Shown here piece by piece: positions 27,121 through 40,492 of a DNA stretch of 64,000 nt. How positions within the stretch are numbered: the stretch's first letter is position 1; each line of letters starts with the position of its first letter. Source of the DNA: Antedon mediterranea. Its lineage: Eukaryota > Animalia > Echinodermata. The DNA lies in contig NC_092671.1 in NCBI RefSeq assembly GCF_964355755.1, forward strand, positions 23,200,070-23,264,069. The letters run 5' to 3'. Both the position numbers and the translations under genes were made by a program. Under the pieces are notes generated by a model. The model saw nothing but the letters and a program-made list of their open reading frames with translations. It searched no databases and was not told the DNA's origin.

Positions 27121-27739
27121 TTCTCTGTATATTAAAAAAAAAAACACCAGCCATATGCATGAAATAATCTGCAGCTGAGTGATAGAATTGCTGTGTATAT
27201 ATTGTTACTGTTCTTGTAGCGGTCTTCTTCTGAAGACGCATGGCTGTCATTGAAGAACACAGATAAGTATCTGTTGACTTTCACTGCTTGTGTTTAGGTC
27301 TGGTTCTTACTAGGGCATTCACTCTTGTTTGTAAGTGGATACTTGTTTGTGAGAAGTTCAATGTTTTCTAAGAATGCTTCCTTTGCTGAATATTCTATTT
27401 TGCAGCTTGTGATTTCCAACTTTGAAGATTTTGTGCGTTATCCATACCCCTAGTACTTGATATTTTGTAACTTTTCTTGATTTGGGTTAATGATAGATAT
27501 AGGGTACAGTAGGTGCCATCAATCTCTTCATTCCAGTTGAGAATCATTGCTTCAGTCTTGAGGCCAAAATCAGTCTGTCTGTTATATTGTTGGCTATAAT
27601 CTGCTGAGCATTATAATCCATTTGTTGCAGACATCATCATGTTTGTTCTCTTGGTACTGTATATTAATGGCGTATTTGGGGTTTCTATGGTACTTGGTAG
27701 CTTCTGAACATCTGTTTTAGATATCCATCACAAAAGCTG

Positions 27740-27930
27740 CCAACAGAGCTTGAAGAGTATTTGTCACTGTTGTATGGAGTGAAGAGGGAAAATGTAAATC
27801 AAGCAAGGTATGAAATGTACCAGAGGTACATAACAGGATCATGTACATCATTGTTGCCACCATGTCATTGTCAATAGACCTGGTAGATTAGCGCAAACTT
27901 TATAGCTAGAGAATGGAAATTGGCAAATAT
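27740..27930 (+). pseudogene. Transposon-associated protein fragment (Academ/XPG-like C-terminal region)
   Basis: Translates ELEEYLSLLYGVKRENVNQARYEMY...LLPPC, then ANFIAREWK. Confidence 0.5.
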
Positions 27931-28221
27931 AAATAATTTGTCAATACAAGTTGCATTCACAACAGATATCTTAATCACTACATAACCAAAATCAGGTCAA
28001 CCATACCTCTAAAGTGCAATACATGATATTAGATTTTGGCAGACATTTAAAAAAAGCGCCCTCATGCAAAAGGTCGCATATTTACTTCACATATTCGGAT
28101 TCTGGTCTAGGAAAACTATATGAGAATTTCTACCTCAAAAAATGGTTCCTACTTCAATTATAGACTGGTCTTTACTTAATAGAAATGAATTCAAACAAAA
28201 CAGAATCTTTCATAATATTAC

Positions 28222-28332
28222 CTTTCATATCGACATTTGATTTGCCAAAGTTTCTATTTTGTTCACGCAATGATCTTCGTGTAATTGTATTTCTCGAATT
28301 TAAAACATTTTCTTCATCTGTATCTATAGTTC
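28222..28332 (-). CDS. TANC: TANC/rols-like exon 4 (RTIDTDEENVLNSRNTITRRSLREQNRNFGKSNVDMK)
   Basis: Acceptor gttgcag, donor GTAAT; 111 nt, phase 1-1; joins in frame to VRFAPY. Confidence 0.8.
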
Positions 28333-29064
28333 CTGCAACAAACAACATTCAGAATACTTTTAATGATTAGCAGTTTAAAGCTAAACTAAACTAAACATTC
28401 AAGAGCATTGAGTTGAAAAGAAATATTTTTTAACTGCCGTTTTGTTCCATATGTATCATTATGGTAAAATTATATACTACTAGAGGGCGAGCTCGCTTCG
28501 CTCGCTCCCCCTCTAGGAAGTGTACACGATGGTTCTCGGAATGATAATGACCCGGGTAAAAAGGACGTTCTCCTTGTACGTTTTCTGTCGGTTACCATTA
28601 TTATGAAAATTCTTGACATTCGTAAAACTAAACCTGTCTTAGATGATTAATAACATTTTAAAGTAGGCCTATAGTGTGTATATTGTTTGGTAGGGCCCAT
28701 GGTGTGTATATTGTTTGGTAGGGCCCTTATAGGGCTGAGGTTGGGAGGTGGAGTTCATTTGAGGGAGGTAAATTGTAGATAACAGTGCGATAAATTCTAC
28801 TACAAATAGTATCATTGTGTTACTATAAATAAATATATAATACAATATAGCGATTAATATTCAAAGTGATGTTTTATTAGGGAGGCTTTTATTAAAATAA
28901 ATGTCATCCTAATAATGAATAATGTATTCATCTTTTAAAACTAACTTCCGCGGCAAGAAGACGTTTTAGACAGCTTGCAACATGGGCAGACATCCCGGTC
29001 CTAACGGGACACAGATAGCCTACAGTTATTCCTGCCAGCTTACTCAATAAAACTCGGCTATAGG

Positions 29065-29530
29065 CTATAATCATAATTCATCATATTGATGGCAGGTAAT
29101 TTTCAAATGTAGCTTACGTGTTCAAATTCTTTTTAAAATCTATAATCATAATCCATCATATTGATGGCAGGTACTATACAATCATAATCCATCATATTGA
29201 TGGCAGGTAATTTCCAAATTTCCAAATGTAGCTGATGTGTTCAAATTCTTTTTTAAATCTATAATCGTAATCCATCATATTGATGGCAGGTAATTTTCAA
29301 ATGTAGCTTGCGTGTTCAAATTCTTTTTAAATCTATAATCATAATCCATCATATTGATGGCAGGTAATTTCCTAATGTAGCGGACATGTTCACATTTAAA
29401 AAAATCTATAATCATACTCAATCATATTGATGGCAGGTAATTTCAAATTTCAAATTTCAACAAATGTAACTTGCATGTTCAAATTTTTTTTAAATCTATA
29501 TAATCATAACACATCATATTTGATGGCAGT
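29065..29530. repeat. Minisatellite, about 7 units with palindromic core CCATCATATTGATGG
   Basis: ctataatcataatccatcatattgatggcaggtaatt recurs at about 29065, 29140, 29174, 29259, 29333, 29406 and 29496. Confidence 0.92.
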
Positions 29531-31249
29531 GAATTTTATAATTTTACTAATTATTATTGTGTATAAATAATTTCATAGTTATGCAATTATATTATATTTA
29601 GTATACAGTAGGCCTATGCTGTAGTTTAAAGGTCAATAACCATACTATCGGCCATTCTTGTACAAAATGTGCCATTAGACTGGATAGAAACACACATGTT
29701 TTAAACAATTTCAAAAGAAAAAGAAATTCATAAGACCACAATTTTCAAAGTTATATTATTATTATATTATTATATTTGACTAATAGTTCAAAGGTCAATA
29801 GTTGTAGAATCGGCCATTTTTTGTAAAAACATTTCATTATAATAAATATGAATGTATAGTTTCTGAACAATTTGAGCCTTATTTCGTGTCTCTCCGATTA
29901 TTGGTTACTGAGATACGATAAATCAAGGTCAAAGGTCAAAATGTCAGAAATAAGACTTGCATCCATTTTTTGAGAAAATGTGTCATTAAAGTGAATATAA
30001 AAACATATATTTAAAGCATTTTGAGACCAAAATTAATTATCTGTGACTAGTGGTTCTCGAGATATAGGGTAATTATAAAAAATGGCCGCCATTTTTAATT
30101 ATGCAAATTAAGGGCTTAGATGGCCGAATTTCGCTTGGGATCCGCCATATTCGTAATCAGCGAGGTCGAAATATCCTAAATCAAGTGGATCCCAGCTTCT
30201 ACCCAAAAATGCTCCTTACACCATATTTCAGAGGAAATAGAACTTGTCTATCAATAAATGGCGTCTATGGAAGCAATATTGTATTCTAATTATTGCGTCT
30301 TATCTCATCTCTAGTGAGGATACAAAGTACCAAAAAGCGATGTTACTGCATGCTTTGGGCCCAGAAGGGGTAAAAACGGTATGAATTTTAGTTTGACTGA
30401 GATTGAAAGTTCTGATACTATAATTGCAAAAATTTGACCATAGTCCGGTGGCAGGAGGGTAGGTATCACTACCGAAAGGGGACAAATTGCATCACACTTT
30501 TCAAGACCAGAATTTTTGCCATAGATTACGAATCTAGAAGGTAATCAATCAAGATAGCGTTTTCGAGATATAAGAGGTCAAAGTTTAAAATTGTCCAATT
30601 ACAATATTATAACAAATTTACTGCGCCAGTGCGCCCTCATGGGCTGGAGTTGTTCGTTCGTTGTTGCTTTGATTTCCATGTTGTTGTATTGAGTTATTGA
30701 CTGTTATTAAAATACATTATTCGCATTACATCGGTTACATCGGTCTATGTGTGATCTGTAGAGTTGTGGCATATAAACATCAACCTTATTGGCGCTGATA
30801 CACAATTTGGTCTTTTGTTAAATTTTTATGATTATGTGTCTATTCAATCATCTTATGAAAAAAAAATATCCTCAAATGTCAATATTGACCAATTATGACA
30901 TTTCATCAGTTGACATAAGGTCAATTTCATCAGTTGACATTTTAATATGTAATTAGTTACCAAATAAATGCAAAGTTATCCAAACTATGATATCGATGGT
31001 TTTACAAGTAATCAAATTATTTGATATGTAAAGTTATGTTATTTACCTCCACCAAGGAGGTATATGTAGCACAATGTGACAGTGCGGTTTTTAAGGTCGA
31101 CTCTGATGCTACGGTTAAGTGCTACCAAAAAGTTATCCGATAGCAACTGATACTGGTCGCAAGGAGAAAGTAACATTGTGAATGTCCACACAGCTAGCAC
31201 TAGGAAAATGTAGCCTAATCGTAAGACTAACTAACACTTCTAACAACAA

Positions 31250-31920
31250 AAAATACAAGATAGATTGTTGATGATTCCTTTGTTCCAATTCTTGACAAAA
31301 CTGCTGCAGAAAAAATTGGACTATAAATAACTGTTAATTACAATTCAATAGAATGTAAATGTGTTGAAAATAAACACAGATGAAAGTATTTTCGCCAAGT
31401 TTCCTTAGGTGTTCAATTCCAAAATGCTGGTTGCCTACCAGGTGAACCAGTTAAATTAGCAATTTCAGAAGGTGTTAGACCTGTGGTTGGACCAGCAAGA
31501 ACATTTCCAGAAGCGATCAAATGTTCAGTGAGCGTAGAGCTTGATGATATGGAATACTGTGGCATCACTGTAAAGATTATCGAGCCTACCGAATAGGTTA
31601 ACCAAATGTCTGTTGCCCAGAAAATGTCTGGTAAGATTAGAATCTGTATTGACCTGCGTACACTAAATGATTACCTTAGTTATCTCAAGGTCTTCTCTAC
31701 ATGTGATGTTAAAGAGGAATATTTACTTATAATATATACTAACTACAATGGTTACACCTTAGGTAGTAAATGGAGTGAAATTTTTCAAAAACGCCTTAAG
31801 CAAGAGTCCTTTAAGGTTTAGACAATGTAGAAGGTATAGCTGATGATATTATTTTGGATTTTGGATTTTGGAAGTCATGATGTAATTTTACGTATATTTC
31901 TTGAAAGATGCCAGCATGCC
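31250..31920 (+). mobile_element. Gypsy LTR retrotransposon pol (RT) remnant
   Basis: VRPVVGPARTFP, IIEPTE*VNQMSVAQKMSGKIRICIDLRTLN, GIADDI, HDVILRIFLERC. Confidence 0.8.
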
Positions 31921-32577
31921 ACCCTATAGATAGGCTTAGTTAGCCAGGCCTAGGTTTAGCCTAAATATGGAAGAAATGAAAATAAAATAGTTACGATAAA
32001 CTTCTAATTGTGTATTCTTTGAAACATTTACGAACCCCGATTATTTATATTGTTTATTCAGGTGTAATTAAAACATTAAAATAAATTTCAACTGACTGAA
32101 AATGCTAGCTAGGCCTGCGCTGCCTCGCTCAAAACAATAATAACATTCCTCCTCAAAGCGATCAACATGCGTGGTGCCGTGGGAGGATTGATCGCTAAAA
32201 TAATGTTCGAATTGGAATAGAAAAGCTTACAACATTTCTTAGTTAATGAAATATATAGTGTACTTGCATGACGAATTCTCTTGCTCTCCACCACCACAAC
32301 CACAGAGATCCATCATCCGGCCAGCGTCGCATCCTTTGTTTTTTGTAGAAACAACAATAATTTGGTAGAGTACATTAATTATGGGGGTGTTCACTATCTA
32401 AGAGCCTATTAAACATGTGCGTCACTCACTGTGTAGCTAAAATTTTTTTTATTTACATCCCTAAATTTACAATTACATATTCTGTAATTTTACTCTGACG
32501 TTATTCATTGTTGTTTGACGTTCATCGCAGAGACGAAAAACATTCGCCAATTTGGTTTCAACAAATTGCATTTCATC

Positions 32578-35299
32578 CAACTCGGCCCTAAACCGTCTCG
32601 GCCAAAGTCAAGTCGGCCCCACGTCAAGTCGACCCCGAGTCAACTCGGCCTCAAGTCAACTCGGCCTCAAGTCAACTCGGCCTCACGTCAACTCGGCCAA
32701 AAACTAATCCGTCAACTCGGCCTCTAAAAACTATGGAACACAAAAAGTGCTAATATAGTAGTTATATTATAATGGCAGGATAAACATCACAGACGGTTGG
32801 ACTAGGGCCTACATAATAGACGAAATAAAACGGAAAATTCAATATAAATTATTATATAATATTAATTGATAGGTAGTATTTATTTATATTGTTTGAAATA
32901 AATAAATTTTCTTCAGATTTTGTATACAGGAATAACTGTCGAAGAAGACATTTTAATGAATAATATTTAAACAATATACTTCGGTCTACAACTGTATATA
33001 CATCAATATAAAAAGAATAAAATGACATTAAAAAAAATCATAACAAATCAAAAGGCAAGAAAACAAAATTGCATAAGCATTATGGGTATAGGTTACATGC
33101 ACACACACACCCAGACATGAATGTGCATTATTTTCAAATAGGCCTTACGGTTTTTTTGTATGACATTTTTATTTTCATTTCGTTTCTATTTCATAATTAT
33201 TCATAATTAATACAGTACACCATGGGAAGAGAGAAATTTGCTTCCATAACAGTCCATAGGGATGTGATTGTGATTTTATTGTATTTAATTATGGATTCAT
33301 GGAATTTGTCATGGTGTGTGTTGTTACTATTATCGGGAATCTTGTGTCCCGTTTTGTAATATCATCTTTAATTAAACTAAAAAAAATAATTTCTTCCTCA
33401 CTATCATCCGAGCCTAGCAATCTAGCTATTAAACAGTAGCTAGGTACACACTTGTCTGGCGGTATCCCTTTGTACGAATCGTTTAACGTTGGGTCGCGCG
33501 ATATCCCCCTTTAAAATAAAGGCAAAACGGACCACTTTTTTAAGCCTCTAGACCCGATGTTTCCATAGTATAAAGATGCAATTTTTGAAGACCTGCAGCT
33601 CCAGTTTTAAACATTTTCTTATCTCAGCCCCAACCATAAAGCTGGTCATATTTCGAAAAACAATAAGTTCATTTTCCGGGACCTAACAGCTCTATTTTTC
33701 AAAAATGTCTTAGCTCAGTCACAACCATGAGGGACTATATTTTGTTTCTTGTTTTGAAGTATAATAAGTCCAATTTCCGGGACCTCCACCTCTATTTTTC
33801 TAAATTTTCTTAGCTCCATCCCAACCACGGTTGTCTGTTTCTGTAGACTTGTAATTTCGTTTCATAGTATCATTAATATGTATATAAATGAATTGCAACT
33901 TCCAGGGACCTAGCAGCTCTATTTTTCAAAATTGTCTTACAGATCAGCCCAAGGCACGCATTTACAACCAGCATACGCCTTTGCGATAAACAATATAGGC
34001 ACACCTTTTCGCCTCCTACGTTTTACGTTCGCTTATATTAATTTTTCTAAGCTACAATTTACCCGACAAGACATCATCGCGCATCGTGTTTTTGCACGCA
34101 GTATTTTATTTATGCATTATAAAAAATGGAAAAAGTGGCTACCCAAATCTTATTAAAATGACGCTAAAACGCGTTGCCTCCTGGACCCCCACCGGGGGCC
34201 CTTGCCGGCCCCCTGGCACCAAGCCTAGTGATGCTCGCTTCGCTCGCATAGCCCCCTCGTCGGGGAATGTAGCCCCAACGTCTGGAAGATCCTGGCCCCA
34301 CCGCTGTTTTTAGGTGATCAATTTTATTGAACAATACAGGGCGCGGTCGGTGTTAAAAAACAGATGAGAAGGTAAGGCAATATTATGTTGTTTAGGAATT
34401 CCGTTGTTTAGGACTCAAACAATATGTTTTAGTTTTTGGTTGACAAAATAAAAATACGCCATTTTTTCATGATGATTTCTTCAGTGTGTTTTAGATTAGT
34501 TTTTATGCTTGAAAAAATAAAAATACACCATTTATTCATGATGATTTCTTCAGTGTGTTTTAGATTAATTTCCCATACATAAAATGTATTCATTGGATTC
34601 TCCATTATAATCAAATCACAAAAGTAATAAAAACAATTTGAATAGCGCACAGTTGCAATAGAACTTTAACATGACAGAACATTCCGAATTTGTTTCCATA
34701 ATCTCTTCGGTAGTTTGATTGACATCGTCATTGTACCCCCGAAAAAATAAATGTGTGAAAGATTTTGTTACTGTAATATACCATTTTAATGTCACATATA
34801 GTTATTCACTTTGACCGTGACATATTGCTAATAATTTGAGAGAGAATATATACAAAAAAAAAACAATTTTTATTTTACTGTATTAATCTAATAATATCTG
34901 TATAATATATAGGCCTTCTAAGAATATTTCGATTATTTCTGGGAACATCCTTGTATCAAAAAATAGATCTAACAATCACATTACTGAGGGTTCTTACTGA
35001 GACTAACCAACCAACAATATAAATAAATACTACCTGTCAATTAAACGAAAAACGATCAGGCCCAGTGTGTTATAATTTACATTGAAATTTCCGTTTTATT
35101 TCGTCTATTATGTAGGCCTAACCGTACTATATCCTGCCATTGTAATAAATGAACTACTATATTAGCACTTTTTGCGTTCCATACTTTTTAAAGGCCGAGT
35201 TGACGGATTAGTTTTTGGCCGAGTTGACTTGAGGCCGAGTTGACTTGAGGCCGACTTGACTTTGGCCGAGACGGTTTAGGGCCGAGTTGACCTGCACCC
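32578..35299. mobile_element. Mutator/foldback-type element with ~280-bp TIRs containing GTCAACTCGGCC repeats
   Basis: 32578-32855 is the reverse complement of 35070-35290. Right terminus is ...GACCTGCACCC; the left terminal ~10 bp are missing. Confidence 0.85.
33410..34306 (-). mobile_element. Truncated inverted copy of the hAT-like family at 36959-38884
   Basis: Ends gatcctggccccaccgctg (TIR); internal blocks are reverse complements of 36959-37540 and of the 328-bp repeat unit. Confidence 0.8.
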
Positions 35300-36958
35300 A
35301 ACAAATTACACAAGAAACCGTCTCAAATCGCAAAAATAAAGGTCTCGAAATAGTTAAAAATGTAAAATCGCGAAAAGTTAGGGCTGCAAAAATGTTGGCC
35401 TTTACAATTAATATTTTAAAAATGTTTGTGTCTTATGGGACTGCTGACTCTTGTAGTTACAGTAATCGTATTACTTTAGCAGTCCCTGACCAATTTCATC
35501 TTTGTACATTGTATATATGTTTTGTTGGTCGAATAAATAAATGAAATGAAATGAAATAATGTTGTGTGTGATTTAGGCTAATTTCACTACAACTACGTGT
35601 ATGCGAATTTGGTGTAATGAGTAACCAGCCTTTCAACTAACAATAGTTTCAGTTGATATATAATATAACAATAAAACAGCAACGGCAAAAACAAACAGGT
35701 CAATTTGAAAAGAAATAGGTTTTTTAAAACTACTCGTATCAAAATAACTGTACATTAAATCAAATTATGTTTTAAAATTACAAATCACAAATTATAACTC
35801 TTGCCTCTTGTACAAAAATGAAGATTTTTGGACAAGTAGTTCTTGAGAATATGCAATTTCAGTTTACTTGTTACTTTGAGAGTGCTCGTCGGCCTTTGAA
35901 AATTGTCTCCTATATTTTAACACTGCAAGTCTGAAAATAATATTTAAAAAGTGGTCCAGAATTGGGACAATGGTGGCCGTGGCAGTAAACTTAATACTAC
36001 ATTTAACTAAATCCAATCTGATAAGCAAATAAGCGTATTATATTTAAGATTATACATACAAGATGAAATTGATTTTATAAAATTATTAAAAAGAAAACTA
36101 CTGTACTGTACATAAGATGTAAAAATAAAATATCCTAACATGAATTAGATTCGAGACAAAGCATCAGCATTAGTATTATGTGATCCTTTCTTATATTGAA
36201 CAGTAAACTAGAAGGCTGTATGTAAAGTCTAACTGTCTAATGGCCCACAAAATAGCTAACGCCCGTATTCTTAAACCGGACTTTAGTCGTAGTTCGAGCT
36301 ATTACTTCAAATTCGATTAAAAAACGAAGTAGTCGAAGTTTGCAGTTTGACTGAATGAAGTAGAGCTTTTAGTAAAGTTGCACACGTCTGGGTAACAAAG
36401 GCTGTACAATGGCCAATGACAAGAGGGTATTTGAGGAGCAGACGAAATTTTGCGCATTGATATCACTTTCCATTTTCTTACAACACTTTATACGCATCAG
36501 GACTATTTACATGAAAAATAATTGTAATCGGTAATTATTAGAACAAGATCAGTATTAATTTAATAGTGAAGTACTTTTGATTAACAACAAACAATATCTT
36601 CAAAATATATTTAGGAACCATGGCGGTACAGTAAATTTATATTTTCTAGGCCCCCAGCAAAGTATGATCGCGACGAACCACGCACTTCATAGCGTGACAA
36701 GAAAGCTCTAGGCCCCCTAAACATTCCATCGCGTGTGAATTTGACGTGGTGAAGTCGGACTGGCGCGAAGAAAATAATGTAATTTGTATACGGTTGTAAA
36801 TAAAGATGATTTTCATTATTATAACTTATACCAATGTATATTTAATTAAGCTAATATAACAACTCAATGACTGTTACCTTTTTCATAAACATCGTTTAAA
36901 AACCATTTAGTCGACCATTTAGCCTGCCCCTTCCAGGACTAAAAAAATCGTTCAAAAT

Positions 36959-38884
36959 CAGGGGTGGCGCCAGGATCTTCCCGACGCGGGGGCTACATTC
37001 CCCGACGAGGGGGCTATGCGAGCATCACTAGGCTGGGGGCCAGGGGGCCGCCAAGGGCCCCCCGCTGGGGGTTCAGGGGGCGAAGCCCCCGGAAGCAACG
37101 CGTTCTAGCGTCATTTGAGGTCATTTTAATCAGATTTAGGGTAGCCATTTTTTCCATTTGTTATAATGCATAAATAAAATACTGCGTGCAAAAAAAACGA
37201 TGCGCGATGACTGTTTCAATCCATATTTTTCAATTTAAAAAATAAAAGTTCAAAGAAAATTTTGAAAAATAGAGTTGGAGGTCCCGGAAATTGGACTTAT
37301 TAGGCCTATACTTCAAAACATGAAACAAAATATATAAGTCCCTATCAAAGGTTGTGACTGAGCTAAGAAATGTTTTGAAAAATAGAGATGTTAGGTCCCG
37401 GAATATGCACTTCTTGTACTTCGAAATATGACCAGCTTTATTGTTGGGGCTGAGCTAAGAAACTGTTTAAAACTATAGCTGCAGGTCTTCAAAAAATTGC
37501 ATTTTATACTTCGGAAACATCAGGCCAGAGGCTTAAAAAACGCAAGCGTAGACCTTTTTCAGTCGGGACTTCCGACTGACTTCATCTGGACTTCCGAGTG
37601 GTGAGAAATTCATGACATACAGGACATTGAAAATGTAATAACTTAGCTATAATAAGATGTTGGCTAAGCGAAAATGGCATGTTTTTTTGTTTATAGTAAT
37701 GGATGAAAAATTTATTTTAGGTGCCCCAGGGTAACAGAAGGTTACTTGTAAATTAAAAAAATTGGTGAACTTACGAACAATTAACGTAATTCGTTTTTGC
37801 TGTAGTGTAGCGTACGTCGACGCAGTACACGACGTAACCGTCAGTAAACTTCGCCTGGAAAATAACTACAGTACACATTTTGGTCCCTGGATGGAACATG
37901 ATATCACGCGTTTCGACCCAACGTTGAACGATTCGTACAAAGGGATACCGCAAGAGACAAGTGCGAACCTAGCTATTGTTTAGTAGTAAGTTAGATCGCT
38001 GGCAATAATGAATGCATATAAAGTGCCATAATATCACTCTGACGTACTCTCACGGTCAATGAAACGTCGCGGTTTTCTAGGCGCTGAAGCTAGCTACGAA
38101 GTGAACGCGAACGCTTTTTACTGTATATTATATTCCCCGACAAAAAGTACCCGTGTTCCCTTCGGTAACCGTCGGTAAACTTCGCCTGGAAAATAACTAC
38201 ATTACACATTTTGGTCCCTGGATGGAACTTGATATCACGCGTCTCGACCCAACGTTGAACGATTCGTACAAAGGGATACCGCCAGACAAGTGCGTACCTA
38301 GCTATTGTTTAGTAGTAAGTTAGATCGCTGGCAATAATGAATGCATATAAAGTGCATAATATCACTCTGACGTACTCTCACGGTCAATGAAACGTCGCGG
38401 TTTTCTAGGCGCTGAAGCTAGCTACGAAGTGAACGCGAACGCTTTTTACTGTATATTATATTCCCCGACAAAAAGTACCCGTGTTCCCTTCGGTAACCGT
38501 CGGTAAACTTCGCCTGGAAAATAACTACATTACACATTTTGGTACCTGGATGGAACTTGATATCACGCGTCTCGACCCAACGTTGAACGATTCGTACAAA
38601 GGGATACCGCCAGACAAGTGCGTACCTAGCTATTGTTTAGTAGTAAGTTAGATCGCTGGCAATAATGAATGCATATAAAGTGCATAATAGCCCTCTGACG
38701 TACTCTCACGGTCAATGGAACGTCGTGGTTTTCTAGGCGCTGAAGCTATATGAAATGAACGCGAACGTTTTTTACTGTATATTATATTCCCCGACAAAAA
38801 GTACCCGTGTTCCCCGACGGGGGGGCTAGGCTCCCCGACGAGGGGGCTAGAGCCCCCGTAGCCCCCCCGCTGGCGCCACCACTG
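36959..38884. mobile_element. Non-autonomous hAT element with 8-bp TSD
   Basis: TIRs CAGGGGTGGCGCCAG / CTGGCGCCACCACTG; TSD TTCAAAAT at 36951-58 and 38885-92. Confidence 0.93.
37834..38814. repeat. Three tandem ~328-bp units inside the hAT element
   Basis: Units start gtaaccgtc(a/g)gtaaacttcgcctgg at 37834, 38165 and 38493. Confidence 0.95.
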
Positions 38885-39018
38885 TTCAAAATCGGTCTCG
38901 ATTTTGTCGAGGTTGGCCTGAATTAGTAGGCGATTTAGTTGAAGTTCGGTTTATGAATTAAAATGACGTCATTTTTAAAGTTTCAGCTCAAACTACGACT
39001 AAAGTCCGGTTTAAGAAT

Positions 39019-39620
39019 TTCTTACTTAAATAGGCAACAGGGTGTTCATTTTCATTATCGTCACATTGGGTCAAGACAGCACCAATAGCTTGATTGTTAG
39101 CGTCACATTGTAGGCTAAATTGTATATCCAAATTTAGGCTTACTAATAATAATACAGAGGAATCGATCAATTTTGTTTGCAAGGTTCTAAAGGAAGTTTC
39201 CATTGACTCCGACCAGTTTACGATATTAGGGGACGATTTTCGAGTGGGGTCCGGGATCGCAGAGGCCACAGCGAGAACAGGTGCGGCACCGAAAATAGCC
39301 TCATTCGCAAGAGGAATGGGAGCTGCAAGCTCTCCGTCACGTGGCACGACATCGTGCGTAGCTACCACTGGAGCCGCCTCAGCGCGTGGTCTCCTCCGGA
39401 ATATCTTCAACAGTACGTTTCGCGGGGCGAGGTAATGACGCAAGTTTTGCTGGAGTCCAGCACACGCAAACGTCGCACGTACAGCATTTAATGCACCGCA
39501 TGTGGCAAACCCACTTCACAGACGAACATGGGCCCCTGCACTGAACGCACCCTTGTTTTGGCATATTGGCGGGCAAAACACCTGTCTAACAGACACACAA
39601 TACCGTCTAGCACACAGCCT
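39019..39620 (-). mobile_element. Internally deleted Gypsy remnant (gag-like piece fused to the RT/RNase H connection)
   Basis: WSESMETSFRTLQTKL, LQCDANNQAIGAVLTQ, EHPVAYLSKK. Confidence 0.8.
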
Positions 39621-39923
39621 ATTAACCTAGCGTAACTAGTTTCTTTGTTTATGATACGCTTGACTGATTTTATTGTTGCCTACACTCAGCCGGTGAACTT
39701 CCGGTGAAGTAAAAAAGTCAAATAAAAAACGATAAAATCAAACTTAGCCTCGGCTAGCTTGACTTGGTTAGGTTGAATTCCTTGGAATTCAAAAAATCTA
39801 TAGCGGACTGGCCCATTTATCACGGAGGTGAGCTACCGCAAAATTCTTCTTTTCGTAATTGTTTCGCACTTCATGGAAAAGGGCTTATGTCAGGTTTATC
39901 CGGGTACCGTAAGCAGGCACGAT

Positions 39924-40492
39924 ATAGACTGGAATGTTCCATTCATTATGGCAATTAATATGTTTGTATAATATCAAAATAGTATGACGCTGTACTAGAG
40001 CTGTTTGACCGGTTTTCAGCTATCTATATATAAATTTACGTAAGGGCAAAATTCGGTAAATCGCGCGTTATTTCTAGAATGTTTACTCGATGGTATATAA
40101 AGTTGGTTCGTACTTTCGGTACTGATTTTAACCACCAGATGTAACCCTGTTTACTAATTAAATTGAGTTCAATAATTAGTTATTGACGATTAAAACGAAT
40201 TTAGGTTCAACGATTTGCCCCAAATAGGGGTGTTTTTCGATCGTGGTATACACTGTCTAATGGATGTCCGTCTTGAAAAATACCCGCAGACAATAATACG
40301 AGGATGCTTCGCATTTTCCTATCTCCTCCTACGATAATTGTTTTTAATGGCTGAAAACCGGTTGAACAGCTCGAGTACAGCATCATAATGTTGAAGACAG
40401 GCCAATTTAAAAAAAAAAATACTATTTTGATAGATTTAATATACGTTTATACAAATGTATTGATTTGCGATGAATGGAACATTCCAATCTCT
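39924..40492. mobile_element. MITE/foldback with inverted ends; inverted partial sister copy at 41497-41778
   Basis: TATGACGCTGTACTAGAGCTGTTTGACCGGTTTTCAGC (39983) pairs with GCTGAAAACCGGTTGAACAGCTCGAGTACAGCATCATA (to 40387); outer arms tggaatgttccattcat are also inverted. Confidence 0.7.

Larger units (their letters stand above)
36260..39018. mobile_element. PIF/Harbinger-like MITE hosting a hAT insertion; right tip lost
   Basis: Inverted ends ATTCTTAAACCGGACTTTAGTCGTAGTT at about 36267 and 38991-39018; left end taa|cgcccgtattc. Confidence 0.7.

Noticed and set aside
29065-29530. CRISPR-like array (palindromic ~35-bp repeats with spacers)
   Set aside because: The spacers are homologous to each other, there are no cas genes and the context is a eukaryotic intron; this is a minisatellite.
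32515-32727. Repetitive ORFs such as KPSRPKSSRPHVK (also 9399-9581, 46960-47145, 51349-51564)
   Set aside because: Translations of TIR subrepeats or minisatellites, not genes.
34445-34567. Short direct duplication of about 58 bp (similar ones at about 28675 and 30900)
   Set aside because: Ordinary local slippage duplications with no further structure.
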